From the human T2T-CHM13v2.0 reference genome, Homo sapiens: a stretch of DNA of 64,000 nucleotides. Under the pieces are notes generated by a model that worked only from the letters and a program-made list of their open reading frames with translations, did not search any database and had not been told where the DNA came from. Below are positions 27,171 to 40,821 of this stretch, piece after piece; the stretch's first letter is position 1; each line of letters opens with the position of its first letter. The stretch lies in NCBI RefSeq assembly GCF_009914755.1, contig NC_060933.1; one strand, written 5' to 3'. The position numbers were made by a program, and so were the translations under genes.

Positions 27171-27531
27171 TTATTAATTTCATCTGTGAGAAAAGCACAC
27201 TATGAGTTCTCCCCTTTTTGAAGTGCTAATCTCTCCCATTCTCCTGTGGGAAGGTAAATGTTATTTAATTGGGGTAAATCCAAAGTAATACGAGAAGACA
27301 TTTCTAGTCTTTGACTCTATGTTAAAAGCCACAGGCTTCACTAACTTCATGTACAGCACATGCAGTTACAACATTTTAGTGAACTGAACTCCCTTGCTAT
27401 TTTTGTGATCATTTAGCTGCATTGAAAGATCATCACTGAAAACAGTGTCAGGTGTGTCCCTGCCTTCCTGCTGTGTGGTACCGAGGTCAGACTGAAGAGC
27501 AATAGGAAGTACGTCTCATGACTACCTAGGC

Positions 27532-27718
27532 CAGAGGATCTCAAGCTTGAGCGTGCATCAGAATCACCAGCAGGGCTTGTTCAAACACAGATTGCTGGGC
27601 CCCACCCTACAGTGGCTGATTCAGTAGGTCTGGGGTGGGGCCTGAGAATTTGCATTTCTGACAGTTCCCAGAAGCAGTTGATGCTACTGGTCCAAGGACC
27701 ACTCTTTGAGAACTACTG
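27532..27718. mobile_element. MER5A (hAT-Charlie), full length
   Basis: ctcaagcttgagcgtgcatcagaatcacc...cagattgctgggccccaccc...gattcagtaggtctggggtggggcctgagaatttgcatttct...tttgagaactactg. Confidence 0.95.
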
Positions 27719-27789
27719 ATCTGTGGTTCCCTGACTGCTTCCCAATGCCAGAACTATATTAGAATGTAATTGCTCCTTATTACTGCTCT

Positions 27790-28030
27790 CGGGGAGATGG
27801 CAAAGACAACCAGCACTAAACTTGGATTCCAAGGATCAGTACTGCCATTCTGCCTTCCAGCAGTGTGACAACTGGCAAATCAAGGAACCTCAGAATGCCT
27901 TATCCTCTTCCACCAAAAAATGGCAATTCTTTGTCACTGTGTACCCTTACAGGTTTGCTGTGTGTATGTGAATACGATGGAATAAAAAATGACTTACAAG
28001 TGCCTTTATATCCTGGAAAGCACTAAAAGA
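27790..28030 (+). mobile_element. MIR SINE
   Basis: cagtgtgacaactggcaaatcaaggaacctcagaatgccttatcctc...caggtttgctgtg. Confidence 0.6.
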
Positions 28031-28579
28031 ATAAGAAATTTGATTGAAAGAGATAAAACAAACACATCTGAGTGGTATAATAAAAAGTTTAAGGTATCTG
28101 GAATGGTAGAGTAATTTAGGGGAAGAGTTCAGAGACAAATCTCTCCATATTAATAAAAAAAAGTTTTCAGACATTAACAGGTAACAATAGAATTTGACTT
28201 TAACCGTTTATGTGTTTTGCTGAGCAGACACAGGGAAAATGTCTCCCTGATTAGGAAAACATGGCGATGTTGTTTTATTAACAGTATTAATCTAAAATAA
28301 AAGATGCAATATATACATTTTTAACTAAGTTAACTTTATTGTACCTGATCTCACATACTGGCTATTACACATTTCTAAATGCTGTTTTTGTTGATATCTT
28401 GCACAACTTAATATATGATAGTTATGCATTTATTGAACCAAACTTTGTCAAAAGAGAAAGGCATTGGATTTCCAAAGCTTAAGACAGGCTTTTTATCCAA
28501 TTTAAAGTCTACCATTTATTGACATGAAGAAAAAACTGACTACTTATGGTTTCTCCTTAGTTATCTTATATTGCATTCT

Positions 28580-29155
28580 TAAACTTTTTTGGTTTGCGAT
28601 AATTGTAGATTCACATGCAGTTATAAGAAATAATAGAGAGAGAGTTCATGTACCCTTTATCCCATTTCCCCAGTGGTAGCATCTTGCAAAACTACAAAAA
28701 CTTTAGTAAATATCAAAAGCAAGGCCTTGGCCTTGATATAATCCACTGATCTTATTCAGATTTCATTTTATTTGTACTTGTATGTGTGTTATTTAGTTCT
28801 ATCCATTTTTATCACATGTGTAGGTTCATGCATCCCCAACAGTCAAGATACATAACTTCATCTTAAGGATTCCTTGTGTTGCTTTATAACCACACCCAAC
28901 TTCCCCCATCTCTCTTTCCTAACCCCCAACAATCAGCAGTGTGTTCTGTACCGCCATAATTGTATCAGTTCAAGAAAGGTATAGAAATAGAGTCACGCAG
29001 GATATAACCTTTTGGGATTTCATTCACCATCATTCCCTTGAGATTCATCCAAGAGAATATATTTATGAATAACATCCCATAGGGAATATATTTATGAATA
29101 ATATCCCATAGTATAGACATACCATGGAATTTGTTTAACCACTCACTCATTGAAT
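28580..29155 (-). mobile_element. L1MC/L1MD 3' end
   Basis: gataattgtagattcacatgcagttataagaaataat...catgtaccctttatcccatttccccagtggtagcatcttgcaaaactac. Confidence 0.85.
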
Positions 29156-29308
29156 AGAAAAAAAAATTTAAGGCATGGAGGCAAGAAAATTCAAATGGTA
29201 TCCAAGAAACATTGTACATGTTTTTTAACTATCCTGCATTCTTCCAAAAATTATTTAAGGCAGAGACAAATAGAACCATTTGCGTTAGAGTAATGGGTTC
29301 ATCTAGAG

Positions 29309-29482
29309 CAGGTGTTCACAAACTTGTTCTATGAAAAGCCAAATAGTACATATTCTGGGTTCTGTAAGCTATATAATCTCTTTCACAAGTATTCATCTCT
29401 GCTACACAAAAAGCCACCATAGATAACATTCTAATAAATAGGGGTAGCTGTGTCCCAATAAAACTTTATTTACAAAAACAGG
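29309..29482. mobile_element. MER58A (hAT-Charlie)
   Basis: caggtgttcacaaact...gccaaatagtacatatt...gctgtgtcccaataaaactttatttacaaaaacagg. Confidence 0.85.
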
Positions 29483-29834
29483 TCCAGGACATCTCTGGAT
29501 TTAGAGAAATGATGAAAGAAAAAGTTGACCAGGCAAGTTGAAATTAAATTGTGAAGAGCCTTGAATACCAAGTCATTGAGTTTAGACTTTGGTAAGCATT
29601 TAGATATCCCCAGAGATTTTTCTGAGCAGATATTTGGCGAGAAAGGAATGTTTTCATTTTGGAAGATTAATCTGGAAGTAACAGATAAAATGAATTCATG
29701 GTATGAGCAAGAGAAAATGGAAAAGGGAGATGACTACAGGGATTATCTAAGCTAAAAATAAAAAGGGCCTGAACTCGGCTAATATTGGACATAAGAGGAA
29801 AGCATAGAAATAAAATTTAAAGAAAGAATTGATA

Positions 29835-30424
<590 letters not shown>

Positions 30425-30434
30425 TTAATTAAGC

Positions 30435-30660
30435 ACAAGCATTGCAATGAAGCTAACCTGAGTTTGAACTGTTTGTTCCACCATTTAATTGTGCAAGTTA
30501 TGAAATCTCAGTGTTGGCTTTCTCATCTGTAAAAGGAGTAAGAATAGTACCTTCCTCACAGTGCAGTTGGACAGATCGAATGAAGTAATGCAGGTAAAGC
30601 CTTTAGCACAATAACTGGTATATACATAGCAATTGTTTATTAAACAGTAGTGATCATAAC
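30435..30660 (+). mobile_element. MIR SINE
   Basis: tttctcatctgtaaaaggagtaagaatagtaccttcctcacagtg...gtaaagcctttagcacaataactgg. Confidence 0.85.
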
Positions 30661-30849
30661 ATTAATTATACCCAAAGATTCCTCTCCAATCTTCAATGTT
30701 CTGGTAACGCTCTCATTTTTTCACTTTAAATACCATGAACATTGCATGATTAGTTTATTTAACTAATCTCACATTGTTGGACATCTTCCTATGTGAAATA
30801 ATGCACATTTAAGCCATTTTGAGCGGAAGCGATTGTTATTGTTGCTTGT

Positions 30850-31300
30850 TGTTTGTTGTTTACAACCAAAGTTATCTGCAGTCCTTACTGATCCATAATT
30901 TGGTATCAAGAGTGGAATACTGTAAGAAATTGACCCTAATGGTTAAATTGGCTAACTAGCAGAGAAAGTGTCCTAGGCTGAGATGACCCAATTACCTCAG
31001 GCTAAGAAGTTGGTGACTCTTGTTATATTGCCATGAAACTTTTTCTTAACCTCTCATCTGTAATACCTTAGGATCTTGACTCTGTGCCTTCAGAGAGCAC
31101 AGCATTCGGAGAATGGCAGGAGCAACTTAGGATGTTGACATGGGTAGCCTAAATTGTATCTGTCGTCAGTAGCCTAAATTCTATTTGTCGTCAGTACGAT
31201 TCTGTAAGAAAGGGACAATCTTAACTGAGGTAGGTCCATCTGAATGCCAAAAGAGAAGAAAATACAGCTTTGCTAGAAGTTCTTTCTGCCTGTGGCCTGC
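30850..31300 (+). mobile_element. Possible MaLR LTR end plus internal (MLT-int) remnant
   Basis: ccttactgatcca followed by tttggtatcaagagtgg (resembles the MaLR PBS region) and ggtgactcttgttatatt. Confidence 0.35.
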
Positions 31301-31429
31301 AATGCAGTCCCATAAGTTGATTTAAATGTGCATTATTTCATATAGCAAGAATAGTTGAGGTGGGGCAGTTCCTGTGTTGGTTAATTCCACCTTTGTATAC
31401 GAGGCTTATCGTCTGATCCTATTTCTCAT

Positions 31430-32605
31430 TTCATGACTTGCCTATTTATGTCCTGTGCCCATCTTAATTGTGATACTTACCTTTTTTTTATTTGAAAAAA
31501 CTCTTTATTTATTATAAATTTCAACCATTTTTATATCATTTATGTTGAAAACATTACCCAGTTTGACAGCTTCCTTTCAATTCTGTAGTTTTTTTCCTTT
31601 GAAGTTTTTATGTTTAGCTTATTTACTAAAAGTCCATCTCTATCTCAGACGGAATAACCATATCCTTTTATATTTTCTTCTAGAACATTTAAGGTTTAAC
31701 TTGTACAGAAATATTTAAATTAATTCATCTGAAATTTAGGTATGAGTTGTGAGGCAGGAATTTATCTTTCTAAATGGTAGCTAGTGATCCTCAAATGCCT
31801 TATAAGGTATATCATCTCTCCTCTGGATTTAAGTGCAGCCAGTGGTACGCACGAACTTATTGTATATAAGTGATTTGGCTTCTCGAGTTCCTATTCCACC
31901 TCACTCATATATAACCTTATTCATGGGCCATTGTCACACTGTTTTAATTACCACAGCATGATAGTTTATTTAGTATCTGGCAGAAAATTTTCCTACACAT
32001 TTCTCTTTTTGAGAAAACTCTTGGCTGATCTGATTTTTTTCTCTCAGATAATCATTGCATTTGCTTTTGTCAAGTTGCCCCCAAAGTTCTATTCGAATTT
32101 GGATTGGAATGGAAATAAATGATGACATTAATTTTGGAGAGAACTGTAATTTGTGTAGCATTGAGTCTTCCCACCCCAAAATATCTTTGTCATCCCAATT
32201 ATCAAGTTTTCTTTAAAGACCCACTGAGAAGTTTTATAGTTGTTTTCTTTATATGGAATCACATACGTATCTTAGTTGCCAGAGTTTGTGGTTGTTATTG
32301 ATAGTCTTATAATGTTATCGTCATTACTGTTACTATCATGAATGAGATATTTGCCATTATTCTCTTGTTGTCTATATTTTGTATGGCCATCTTATTGAAC
32401 TCATTTATTAGGACTCTTAAATTTTTTAGTTGATTTTTGTTGGTTCTGCAGCTAGGCAATTTTACCCTCTGCAGCTAGTATTTCCAATATTTTATCTGTT
32501 TTTCCTCACTTTATTATGTTGACCAGAACTAAATTTCCAGGAACATGTAACATAATAGCAATAAAAACCATCTTGATCTTGCTGTTGACTTTAATGCAAA
32601 TGCTT
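31430..32605 (-). mobile_element. Ancient L1M (L1ME-type) ORF2 fragment
   Basis: cacactgttttaattaccacagc...ggattggaatggaaataaat...catcttgatcttgctgttgactttaatg; reverse ORF 31970-32179 (KLQFSPKL...ISIPIQI) resembles L1 ORF2. Confidence 0.8.
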
Positions 32606-32607
32606 CA

Positions 32608-32705
32608 AATATTAGATTGAACCATATGAAACTGACACTTTTCCAGGCTAAAACAAGGAAAAAAAAAAAAGATCAGGTATCAGTAATTTCAAAGTTTTCA
32701 AACTT
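32608..32705. mobile_element. MADE2-like mariner MITE
   Basis: tattagattgaaccatatgaaactg...cagtaatttcaaagttttcaaact decayed inverted termini. Confidence 0.45.
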
Positions 32706-32759
32706 TTATTTGGCCATTAAGTAAAATATTGAAATTTGATTCCAAGTAGGATCTCATTA

Positions 32760-33290
32760 TTAGTTAAACAGATATTTTTGAGCACCTATGGTAGACAGGC
32801 ACGGAGTTAAGCCACGGATATATAACTCTCGAACAAGACAAGCATAGTTTCTGCTGTCTCAGAGTTAAAGTAACACTACTGTAGGAGAAAGCAGACCATA
32901 CTTCAGCTAACAACAACAAATCAAACTAATTAAAATGGTGAAAAGAACTCAGATTACTATGTGCTAGAGATCCCAGCTGGGCACCTTCAGAGAGGGTAGT
33001 CAGGGTCGTACTTCCTGATCAGAGACATCGAAGCTGAGCCTGAAGGCTGAGATGGAACCAGCCATGCGATGAGCTGTGGGGACACACTCCTGCAGGGATG
33101 AGTGAGGGGTGGGCTCTGAAGTGCAACATGGCCACTGAGTTCTGGGGTCTGTCAGGTGGCCAGGGTCAGCGGAATGCCACAAAGTAGGTCCCCAAGCCAC
33201 AGGCCATGTCTGAGGTGGGGACTGGGTGGGGGAAAGCCATGTTTTGAACTGGCCATGGATGAAGATTTTGGTTTGAATTGGGCTTTTAAT
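32760..33290 (-). mobile_element. L2 LINE
   Basis: aacagatattttttgagcacctatggtagacaggcac...gaacaagacaagcatagtttctgc...agctgagcctgaagg. Confidence 0.8.
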
Positions 33291-33292
33291 AG

Positions 33293-33642
33293 TAGTTGAG
33301 CATCCCTAGTCCAAAAATCTAAAATCCAAAACACTCCAAATCTGAAGCTTTTAGAGCACCAATATGAGATAGCTAGCTCTCCTCTCCTTTGCTTTCTGAT
33401 GGTTCAACATACACAAACTTGGTTCCATACACAAAATTATTTAAAAATATCTATACAATGACCTTCAGGCTCTGTGTATAAGGTACATATAAAATATAAA
33501 TGAATTTGAATTTCATGTTTAGACTTGGGTGCCATCCCTAAGATATCTCATTATGCATATGCAAATATTCCAAAATCCAGAAAAACTTTGAAATCAGGAA
33601 CACTTCTGGTCTTAAGCATTTTGGAAAGGGATACTCATCCTG
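33293..33642. mobile_element. MER46C-like TcMar-Tigger element
   Basis: Inverted termini gttgagcatccct...agggatactcatcctg; aaaatctaaaatccaaaa and tttcatgtttagacttgggtgccatccctaagatatctcattatg. Confidence 0.88.
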
Positions 33643-36269
33643 TCCTTGAAAACAAGGTATGGCTCATGGCTGAAGGTGACCAGCAAGTGATGGGTTCTGT
33701 CCCCAGCTGTTCCCATGGGGTAGAAGAAGGAGCACTAACAGTATACCTTTGGAGGCCCTGGCAGGAGAAAAATAAAACCATTTTCTAATTATACCAAACC
33801 AGTGCCACAAGCTGAAGACCGAAGTTAAAGACAGATTTGGGAAAGCAATGAATTTTACTTTGGAAACCAAGAGGAAGCAATAATACTTTTTGAGCAAAGA
33901 GGCTTACTTGGTTCCCCAAAATCAGAGGAGTTGTGGGACCTTAAGGCAGAGTCAAGGCCAGGGATTTACCTCTCTGTGGTTCTGATCTGTGGCTGGGCCT
34001 GCACTATTGGTGCATTCTTCTGTGAAAGCCAGCAGAAAGCCCCACTGAAACGTGATGAACTTTCACAGATGCCCCTAGGCCCTATTTTCCCAGACAGTGA
34101 CTCAACATCTGTCCCACTAGCTGGTCGTATTTAAGAAAAGATGACCAAGTTGCGTCTGATGCTGGCTAGAAGATCAGGTGGCAGAGAAGGGTCAGAGATG
34201 AATCCAGCCAGGCCTATAAAGATTATGGAAGATTCTGGGGGAGGAATGGTCCAGATGACAGTGGATGCACACGCAGGTAGGCAAGGCACAGGCAAAGCAT
34301 TGTGTCCACAGACGTAAGGCTCAGTGGATGGTGGGAATACAAGGTGAACACACATATGGGTGTTCCAGTAAGGGGCAGAGTGTCATGAGAGGCAGAGACA
34401 GGAAAGCCAGGCTGGACCAGTTGATACCATGTGTCAGAAATGGCCACAGGTGGTCAACAGACCCCTGTCCCTGGGAGGCAACTAGGTCCCAGGTGGGACT
34501 AAGGCTCAGACCTCACAAAAGGCCTATTGGACCAAACATTTGATTGGAACAAGAGTGTGGGACAAAAAAGGTCTCCATGGGGCTGGGGCTGCATACTCGA
34601 GTTCAGAAGGATCTAGGGCCGAGCAGAGGCCAGCTGGAAGAGTGGAGGTCACTGAGTCCTGCCTGGGAGAAGGTGGCGAAGCAGAGGCAGGGCAAGGACA
34701 TCCTGATGACAGCAGTGTCAGACCTCACCCTTTCTCTCTCCTTGAGGAAGCTCTCTGCCCACCCCTGGCCTTTCCCTGAGTACGCCCAGGCATGTCAAAA
34801 CCCTGATGTGAGCGACTGGAAACATAACCTGCTACTTGTCTGCAACGATGTAATAGAAGAACCAGGAAACACGCTTAGTGTCATAAGAGAGGTTCAACAA
34901 CTATTACTTACGGCATTGTCTGTCACCAGACCAGCAGACCACTGACTGTCATGGTAACAACAATCAAAACAACGATTCCTGCTCTCCTGAAGTCATGTTA
35001 ATGACGATTATGTTACACAAAAGACTAACTAAACCCACAGTGCATTATAAACAGAGTTGCTAGTATCCAACCTTAATGATGGAGAAAAATCACTTGGGAT
35101 GGGACAAAGTACATTTCTCAGGGTACGAGTGCAGTTCGAGCCAAAAACTGCAGGAGGGAATCTCAGCTCAGCTTGAAATCACTGCTTCATCCAGGTCTCC
35201 TTTTTTTCCTCTCCCTCCAGTTTTTAGGAAGAGATACCTTCATGAAATTGTATGCATTTGTTTATCAACCCAGATATGCACATCCCTATCTCTACTGGTA
35301 AACTGGGCAGAATTTAATGATTATTATGAAATATTAGCATTTGGAGTAGGTCTGATAATTTTCTTTTATGTCATCAAGGCAATATATAATGGAAACTTAC
35401 CTCCCTGAAGCAGGATTCTCCTTTCCAAATGCCTGATGCAAATGTGAAACACAGTCTTCCCTCTGCCTTCTTGAGTCTCCCCGTCCCACGCTCCCTCCCA
35501 CAGGCTGAGCAGCAGCTCCTGGGTTCTAGGCCCACTGCCACCACCCACTGGTAGGCAAGCCAAGTCCCACCTACCCCCACCCCACCCTGGATTTCCTGTC
35601 TCTCCAGGGTCACCAGGCAAGATCACAGTGACCCTGGGATGGGGGACAGAGCACAAGTTCACCCATATCTCTTCTTCTTTCAAAGCCTGTTCCCTTCCTG
35701 CCCCCGCCCATCCAGGTCTCAAAACAAGAGATCAGTCTCTTGTCCACTATTCCAGCATCTTCCTCACCCACCATACCCACCCCTAACATCAGTTTGGCCA
35801 GCGCAGGAACAGATTTTTCAGTGGACTCATTAAAGAGATCAGCACACAGAGAAACCAGCTTCAGTTTTCTTTTCCACTCTGACTCATCACTGGGCCAAAG
35901 ACCAATTTCCTCCAGTTCCCACATCTCACTTCAGATTTGCATGGGAAGTCTAATCAGTTGTTGATTAGGCTAGGGTGATTAAATTAACCACCGTGTGGTC
36001 AAGTATCCACCCCAAAAGCAGTCAGCTCTGATCAATGGTGGGCATCACCTGGCACCAAATGGCCGTCCAGTCCAACCAAGGAGCCTTTCCCAGGAATGGG
36101 GATGCAGTGGGGTTCTCAGGAAACTAGATTCTCCCCTGGGCTCTAACAACTTAACCTTTGGTTGACACTTCTTCCATTGTGTTTCTGTGTTCTTGACTTG
36201 AGCAGGGAGATGGTATCATTTAGAGAGTTGTAATCAAGTGCCTACTCTTAGGCAGCAACACCATTTTCT

Positions 36270-36470
36270 GGCTGTAAAACCAAGAGCAATAACTTAACCT
36301 CCCTGAGCTTCCATTTTTTTCAACTGTAAAATGAGTCTTTCTCATGGGATTGTCATGACGATTAAAAAACAAAAAAGAAGATCATGCATGTAAACCACTC
36401 AGCATGGGGCCTGGTATGTAGTCAATGCAAAATTAATCTTGGTTGTTTTCACCATCATCATCATTATCTT
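36270..36470 (+). mobile_element. MIR SINE
   Basis: aacttaacctccctgagcttcc...ctgtaaaatgag...catgtaaaccactcagcatggggcctgg. Confidence 0.8.
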
Positions 36471-38769
36471 CATTTAGTCAGGAAGGCTATTTCGGAGCTT
36501 CAAGTCAAGCACCCAAATTTATTTCCAGCCAGGCCCAGTCTCCCTTGTCCCATTTATTAAACTAAATGTAATCAGTTGGTCATGAATTGAAACACTTACT
36601 GTTACTACTTGAGTGGAACAAAGCCAGTTCTCACCAAATTCCACCTGAAACTAGATAGGGCAGAGACATGGAAGGACACTGCTTGAGACTGGAGAAAGAG
36701 ACTCCTTCTCTATCCTTGTTCCCCCTGGGTGCTGCAGTAGGATTCCTCAGAATGACGTGAGAGAACTCAATAAACCAGCAGAGATGGAATTCTAAAGGTA
36801 AATCTGATCTTGTGTCAAGAAGTCCACTTGGAAAGAAAATACTCCCTAAGAGTAGAAAGATGTTTCAGAGGGCTCATCAATAAACCTGTAAAAAAGAAGA
36901 GGCTCCTTATTGTGACTTTGTGGGTTTTGATGATATCGCAAAGCAATCCAACCATTGGTCTGCTCAGGTGGCACCCTAAACACCAAGTGATTGAGAAAGA
37001 AACCCATGACCGAGGTTACCAGGCACCTTCCTTTAGCAGCCCCCTGTGGCAAGAACTTTGTCTGGAGATGGAATTGAATAACTTCAAAGGAGCTTACAAT
37101 CTAAATCAGAGCAGGATCACTGTGGGGTGAGCACAGGAAGACAAGTAGGCAAGGCTTCTACTCCAGATCTTGGAGAATTGATTTTGAGTCCTGGCTCTGC
37201 CATGTACCAGCTCAGAGACCCTGGGCAAACAACTCAATTTCTACGTAACGGGAGAGAATTGAATAAAATCAATAATGTTCAAGCGCCTCCACCACGCCCT
37301 GTAGTCTCTCTGTATAAATTCAGAAGCCACTGCAGGTTTTGGGGAAAAATTGTATAAGGAGTCCTAGCAGGGGTAAGCCTCTGGTTCCCACCACCATCAC
37401 AATCCCTTCTGCTAGACAATCTCTGCCCTTTTGCTTTAGATGTCACCGTTTCAGATTGTTTTTTTCATTTTTTTTCTAGGCAAAAAAAGGAGAAGATCCC
37501 AAATGCATTCCAGTTCTGGCAGTCTATGATTTGAGCATGGAGAATTATGGGGTTGCTTCAAGAAGAGGCTGGAAAGAAGGATTAGCACAAGACCACAAGA
37601 TCACAAAAAGCCTTGCCCGCTATGCTCAGGCACTTGAACTTTAGCTGTAGGAAGCCACAAAAGGGAGATAATATAAGCAGGTCACTGGGCTAGCAAAGCA
37701 CCCTGAAGAGTTGAATGAATGAAAAATGCATGAGAGGGGAGAGGAGTCCAAAGACAAAATTATTCCATCAGTCCCCGAGCAGGAAGTAAGAAAAATGGAT
37801 GGACAGTTGGAAAGGTGTGAGGGGATAGCCTTCACTAGTCATCAACTTCCATTCTATTGTGTTTTCTTTTGTTTTTCTTTGTCTTATCATTCCATTCCCA
37901 TCTTCACAAAGCAGAATAAAAATGACTCTCTTCACTGTCCATCAATGTTGTTGATCTATTCCCTCACACCAGAGAAGCACAATGGCACCACAGCAAAGGG
38001 CATGTGATCTTCAGCTAATTAATAAAGGCCCTGACATTGTTCCCCCACCAGATCATGGCAATGGTTGGCCGCCTGTCCTAGAAGGATCCACACTTCCCGG
38101 TGACCCAGACATCCCAAGCTCCCAAATTAAGCATCTGCACCTCCTTAATCAGCTTCAAAGAGGGACTTTCAGAATGCCACTGTTCCAGCAACTTCCTCAG
38201 CCACCATACCTGCTCCACCATCAGCTCAGCCAGGCAAGAATTCCCACAGGTTTTTCAGTGGACTATAGTTAAAGATGAAAAAGTCACATCCAGACCTCTG
38301 ATTTATGACGTGGCATGAACTCAACACTTTTCTCATATTCTTGAGTCCGACAAAAATGAGCAAACACAGATATATAAAACTGGGACTGAGAAAATATTGG
38401 GTGCCTCTCAAAACACCTACATAGGACACTCCTTGACTATCCTGCAACCTGGGGTGGTGGGCTCAGTGACAAGCAGGGCACTGTTCCCTTGACTGTGGCT
38501 AAGGACACGTTTCTGAAAAGAGTTGCCAGCCCACATCACTGGTACCTGACTTCACTCTCAACCTTTCCTCCAAGCTGCTTAACCCTGGGTGTGTGTGTAC
38601 ATATGCAACTCCTCTACCAAGAACACCCTTCCCCCAACCTTTTTTTAGATGTTCATAAATTCAGATCATTTTTTTGTCAATCGAACAGAGGAATGAGTGA
38701 ATGACAGCTGTTTCTTGCAAGCCAGCATCTTGAAGTCAACTTTGCCTCATATAACAGCAACAAAATATT

Positions 38770-39280
38770 GGATTCAGAGAAGTGAAATGCAGAATTTTCA
38801 ATAATCAGTAAGTCCAACCCATTTACTTTGAATTTGAAGAAGTAGACCCAAAGAAAGGAAATGCTTACTCTGAAGTTGCCCAAGAATAACAAATGCTAAA
38901 AGTTATTGATTGCCAGGGGGGCTAGGGGCTGTGCTAAATGCTTCACACACATCATCACGCTTAATCCTCAAAATAATCCTTTGAGCTAGATGCTATTACT
39001 AGCTTCATTTTATATGAGAAAACTGAGATGGGAAATGACTAGTCCAAGTTATATAGTCTTGACGGTATCAGATAAAATTCTGGAGGTGGGGATGTAACGC
39101 CTAGGGGAGGGACTAAAGAGAAGTTGCAGTAGAAGGCTCTCCAAGTGTCTGTGCCTCAGTTGCTACATCTGTGAATTCAGAATAATTATATCTTGTTTCT
39201 AGAATAGCTATGAGATTTTATAGGAAATAATGCATGTAAAACTATTTGGTAAGCTGCAAAGCACTATACAAATGAATGAG
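38770..39280. mobile_element. Cluster of MIR fragments (two minus, one plus)
   Basis: gtccaacccatttactttg; ttaatcctcaaaataatcc...gaaaactgag; tctgtgcctcagttgctacatctgtg. Confidence 0.7.
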
Positions 39281-40262
39281 AAAAATATGTTTTTTAAAAA
39301 TGAAAAGAGGATTTATTGGGTTTTTCTGTTTAAAAGAATAAAATAACATGTACTTCTGTTTTAAAAGGAATTAAAATGGTATAGAAAAAAATAGAAGAAA
39401 AGAAATATTATCCAAAGTTCTACTATCCAGAGATAATTAGCAATTTAATGCTAAGACTTCAGGAAATCACTCTGAGTGTGTTTATGTGTGTGTGTGTGCC
39501 TGTAAGTATTAAGAAATGATATATTATCATGCTCTCTTGTGACCTGTTCTTTTTTCACTCAAGTTATACATGTTGAAAAATCAAGAAAACTTCGGAAAGC
39601 CATTCTTCTGAGTTTAGCTCACCCTATGAAAAGAGCCAGAATAGTTTATTTATTGTCCTCTTTTTGACTGGTGAAACTGGTCCTAAGAGGCAGCGTCATC
39701 ACCTATAGTGGTACAGACTGTGCCCTGCTTAGAATCCAGGGAGACACATGGGAGCTGAAAGCCAGCCTGTTCCAGTCCCTGGCGCAGCCACAACACGCAG
39801 GGGAGGGGGCCCTTGTGGGGTTGCACAAAGGCGCCATGTGTCCTGGCCTCTGAGCAGGGCTGACGTTAGCCACGGAGACCCTGAAGCCAGAGGGCCCACT
39901 ACTGAACAACGCTGGAGCCACTGAGGGCAAGCAGAGTGGTGCCTTCCATCTGCTGTTTCTGTGCCAGATCTATGCCCCGTGCCCCAGAGCACACGGTCAA
40001 ACCCATGGCATGCACACAGCAGCCTCTGAGAATCTGTGCCAAGTTCTGCTCTATGCATGGAGGGCTTGTGGTGGTTTCATTCTTTTCCCCTAAGCAAATT
40101 TTAGGAAAATATTCAAGTGACAGGAAATTAAGCAAAGCTTTGGCGCAAATGCTGCCCGAGAACCAGAAGCTCCAAGTCCAGTTTCCCGAAAAGGCTGGCT
40201 TTGGGGTTCTCTATATTTACCCAAAGCTTCCACTCAATGTGTCTAAAGCAGTTGCGGGGTGA

Positions 40263-40810
40263 ATGAGTTTTCTATGTCTGCATAACAAATTACCCCAAGA
40301 TTTAGCTACTGAGAATGACAAGCATTTCTTATCTCAAAGTTTCTCTGGGTCAAGAATCCAGCTGCATAGACCTTCAATGTAAATTTAAAAAGAAAAAGAC
40401 AAAAAAGAATCCAGGTGTAGTTTAGCAAGGTGTCTCTAGTGCAAGGTCACACATAAGATTGTGGTCAAACTGTCAGCCAGGACTGCAGTCATCTCAAGGT
40501 TCAACTCAGGCTGGAGAATCCCCTTCTAAGCTCACCCACCTGGCTGTCAGCAAGCTTCAGTCCTTCACCACCTGGGCCTCTCTGTAGTGCTGCCTCATAA
40601 GCTAGCAGCTGCTTCCCTCAGCACCAGGAAGGAGAGAGAGAAAGAAAAGAGAAGGGAAGGGAGGTGAGAGAAGGGGGTGGGGAGAAAAGAGGCTAAAGTC
40701 TTTTCCCAACCCAAATCAGGAGTGACACCACATCACTGTTGCTCTATCCTATTCTTCCGAAGTGAATCACTAGCTCCAGCCCAGACTCAAGAGATGAGAA
40801 TTACAGAAAA
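40263..40810 (-). mobile_element. MaLR solo LTR (MLT1F-like)
   Basis: gcataacaaattaccccaagatttag...gtcagccaggactgcagtcatctcaagg...gtgaatcactagctccagccc. Confidence 0.85.
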
Positions 40811-40821
40811 GCACCAATCTC

